From assembly GCA_040954595.2 (NCBI GenBank), contig CM082583.2:5516849-5580848 (forward strand): 64,000 bases of DNA, written 5' to 3'. Positions 63,601 to 64,000 of the stretch are shown piece after piece. The notes beneath the pieces are model-generated. The model made no database searches and was not told where the DNA came from. It saw only the letters and a program-made list of their open reading frames with translations. This DNA is from Balanoglossus misakiensis. Its lineage: Eukaryota; Animalia; Hemichordata. Made by a program: the position numbers and the translations under genes. The stretch's first letter is position 1. The number at the start of each line of letters is the position of its first letter.

Positions 63601-63767
63601 TGTTGGTGTTTTTCTGCTCATTTCTGCAGATTGCTGAAGAGATGGCCGGATGTCTGGATTTCCTCAAGAGCGTCTACGACACCTTTGGCTTCAATTTCAC
63701 TCTGAATCTGTCGACCAGGCCCGAGAAGTTCCTTGGAGAAGCTTCCGTCTGGGATCATGCTGAAAAG
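57636..63767 (+). CDS. TARS1: Threonyl-tRNA synthetase (cytosolic type), 5' part; continues past the window end
   Basis: Exons 57636-57695, 59322-59405, 59673-59754, 60283-60382, 60473-60718, 61017-61134, 61439-61503, 61597-61675, 61865-62110, 62486-62581, 62808-62878, 63090-63252, 63630-63767. [77 protein letters not shown]. Confidence 0.97.
59801..60113. mobile_element. Palindromic non-autonomous element (hairpin 59801-59943), Crypton-like by architecture
   Basis: ~65-bp arms AGCAATAAAACGCCCCCAGCCATGGTATACCAC..ATATACGCAC / GTGCGTATAT..GTGGTATACCATGGCTGGGGGTGTTTTATTGCT around a GAGCGATAGCGA loop; no TSD found; right boundary approximate. Confidence 0.6.
63373..63578. mobile_element. Tc1/mariner-type MITE
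   Basis: ACTGTAAAAAGGGTTATTTTCGCGA vs reverse complement ACTGTAAAACAGGTTATTTTTGCGA; internal TTTCGC(G/A)A repeats; TA TSD decayed. Confidence 0.7.
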
Positions 63768-64000
63768 GTGAGGGCGCTGTCACGATTTTTCTCCCCGTGA
63801 AGTTTAGCCGCACAATTCTCTTGACCTTAAATAGGTTTTGGCTACCTAGGTGTGTGATAAAAATCTCACATGGTCGACACAATTTCAAGATGGCCGATTT
63901 TTGCCATGTTCAAGGAATAGGAGTTCATAAGCTAAAGTGATGATGGGTCATTCTGAAACTTTTTAACAGAAAAAATAACAAAATTTGAAAAAAGTTTAAT

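Overview
This is eukaryotic (animal) genomic DNA, not prokaryotic: an AT-rich, gene-dense block of intron-containing genes. My best guess is a marine invertebrate deuterostome such as a hemichordate, based on gene order and repeat content and not verified. Ten protein-coding genes were reconstructed by hand from splice sites and reading frame. In order: Shc adaptor (3' part, +), ZCCHC9 (-), AGGF1 (+), a large repeat-containing C2H2 zinc-finger gene (-), PPCDC (-), FBXO33 (+), GBA1 (-), ANKLE1 (+), RPRD2 (+) and threonyl-tRNA synthetase (5' part, +). Introns carry several non-autonomous DNA transposons with clear TIRs and TSDs: two P-like (7-bp TSD), one AcademH/MULE-like (9-bp TSD), one with a 4-bp TSD, TTAA MITEs and a Tc1/mariner-like MITE. 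No rRNA, tRNA, CRISPR array or autonomous transposase was seen. I found no clearly new multi-gene system. The best leads are: (1) a candidate alternative first exon of ThrRS encoding a mitochondrial-presequence-like peptide with no in-frame AUG, next to RPRD2 as human TARS2 is; (2) an uncharacterised zinc-finger protein with an unrecognised N-terminal domain and two coding tandem repeats; (3) repeated motifs and an FFAT-like motif in ANKLE1; (4) co-oriented CTCF motifs at gene boundaries; (5) an excess of TACATGTA, possibly transposon excision footprints.
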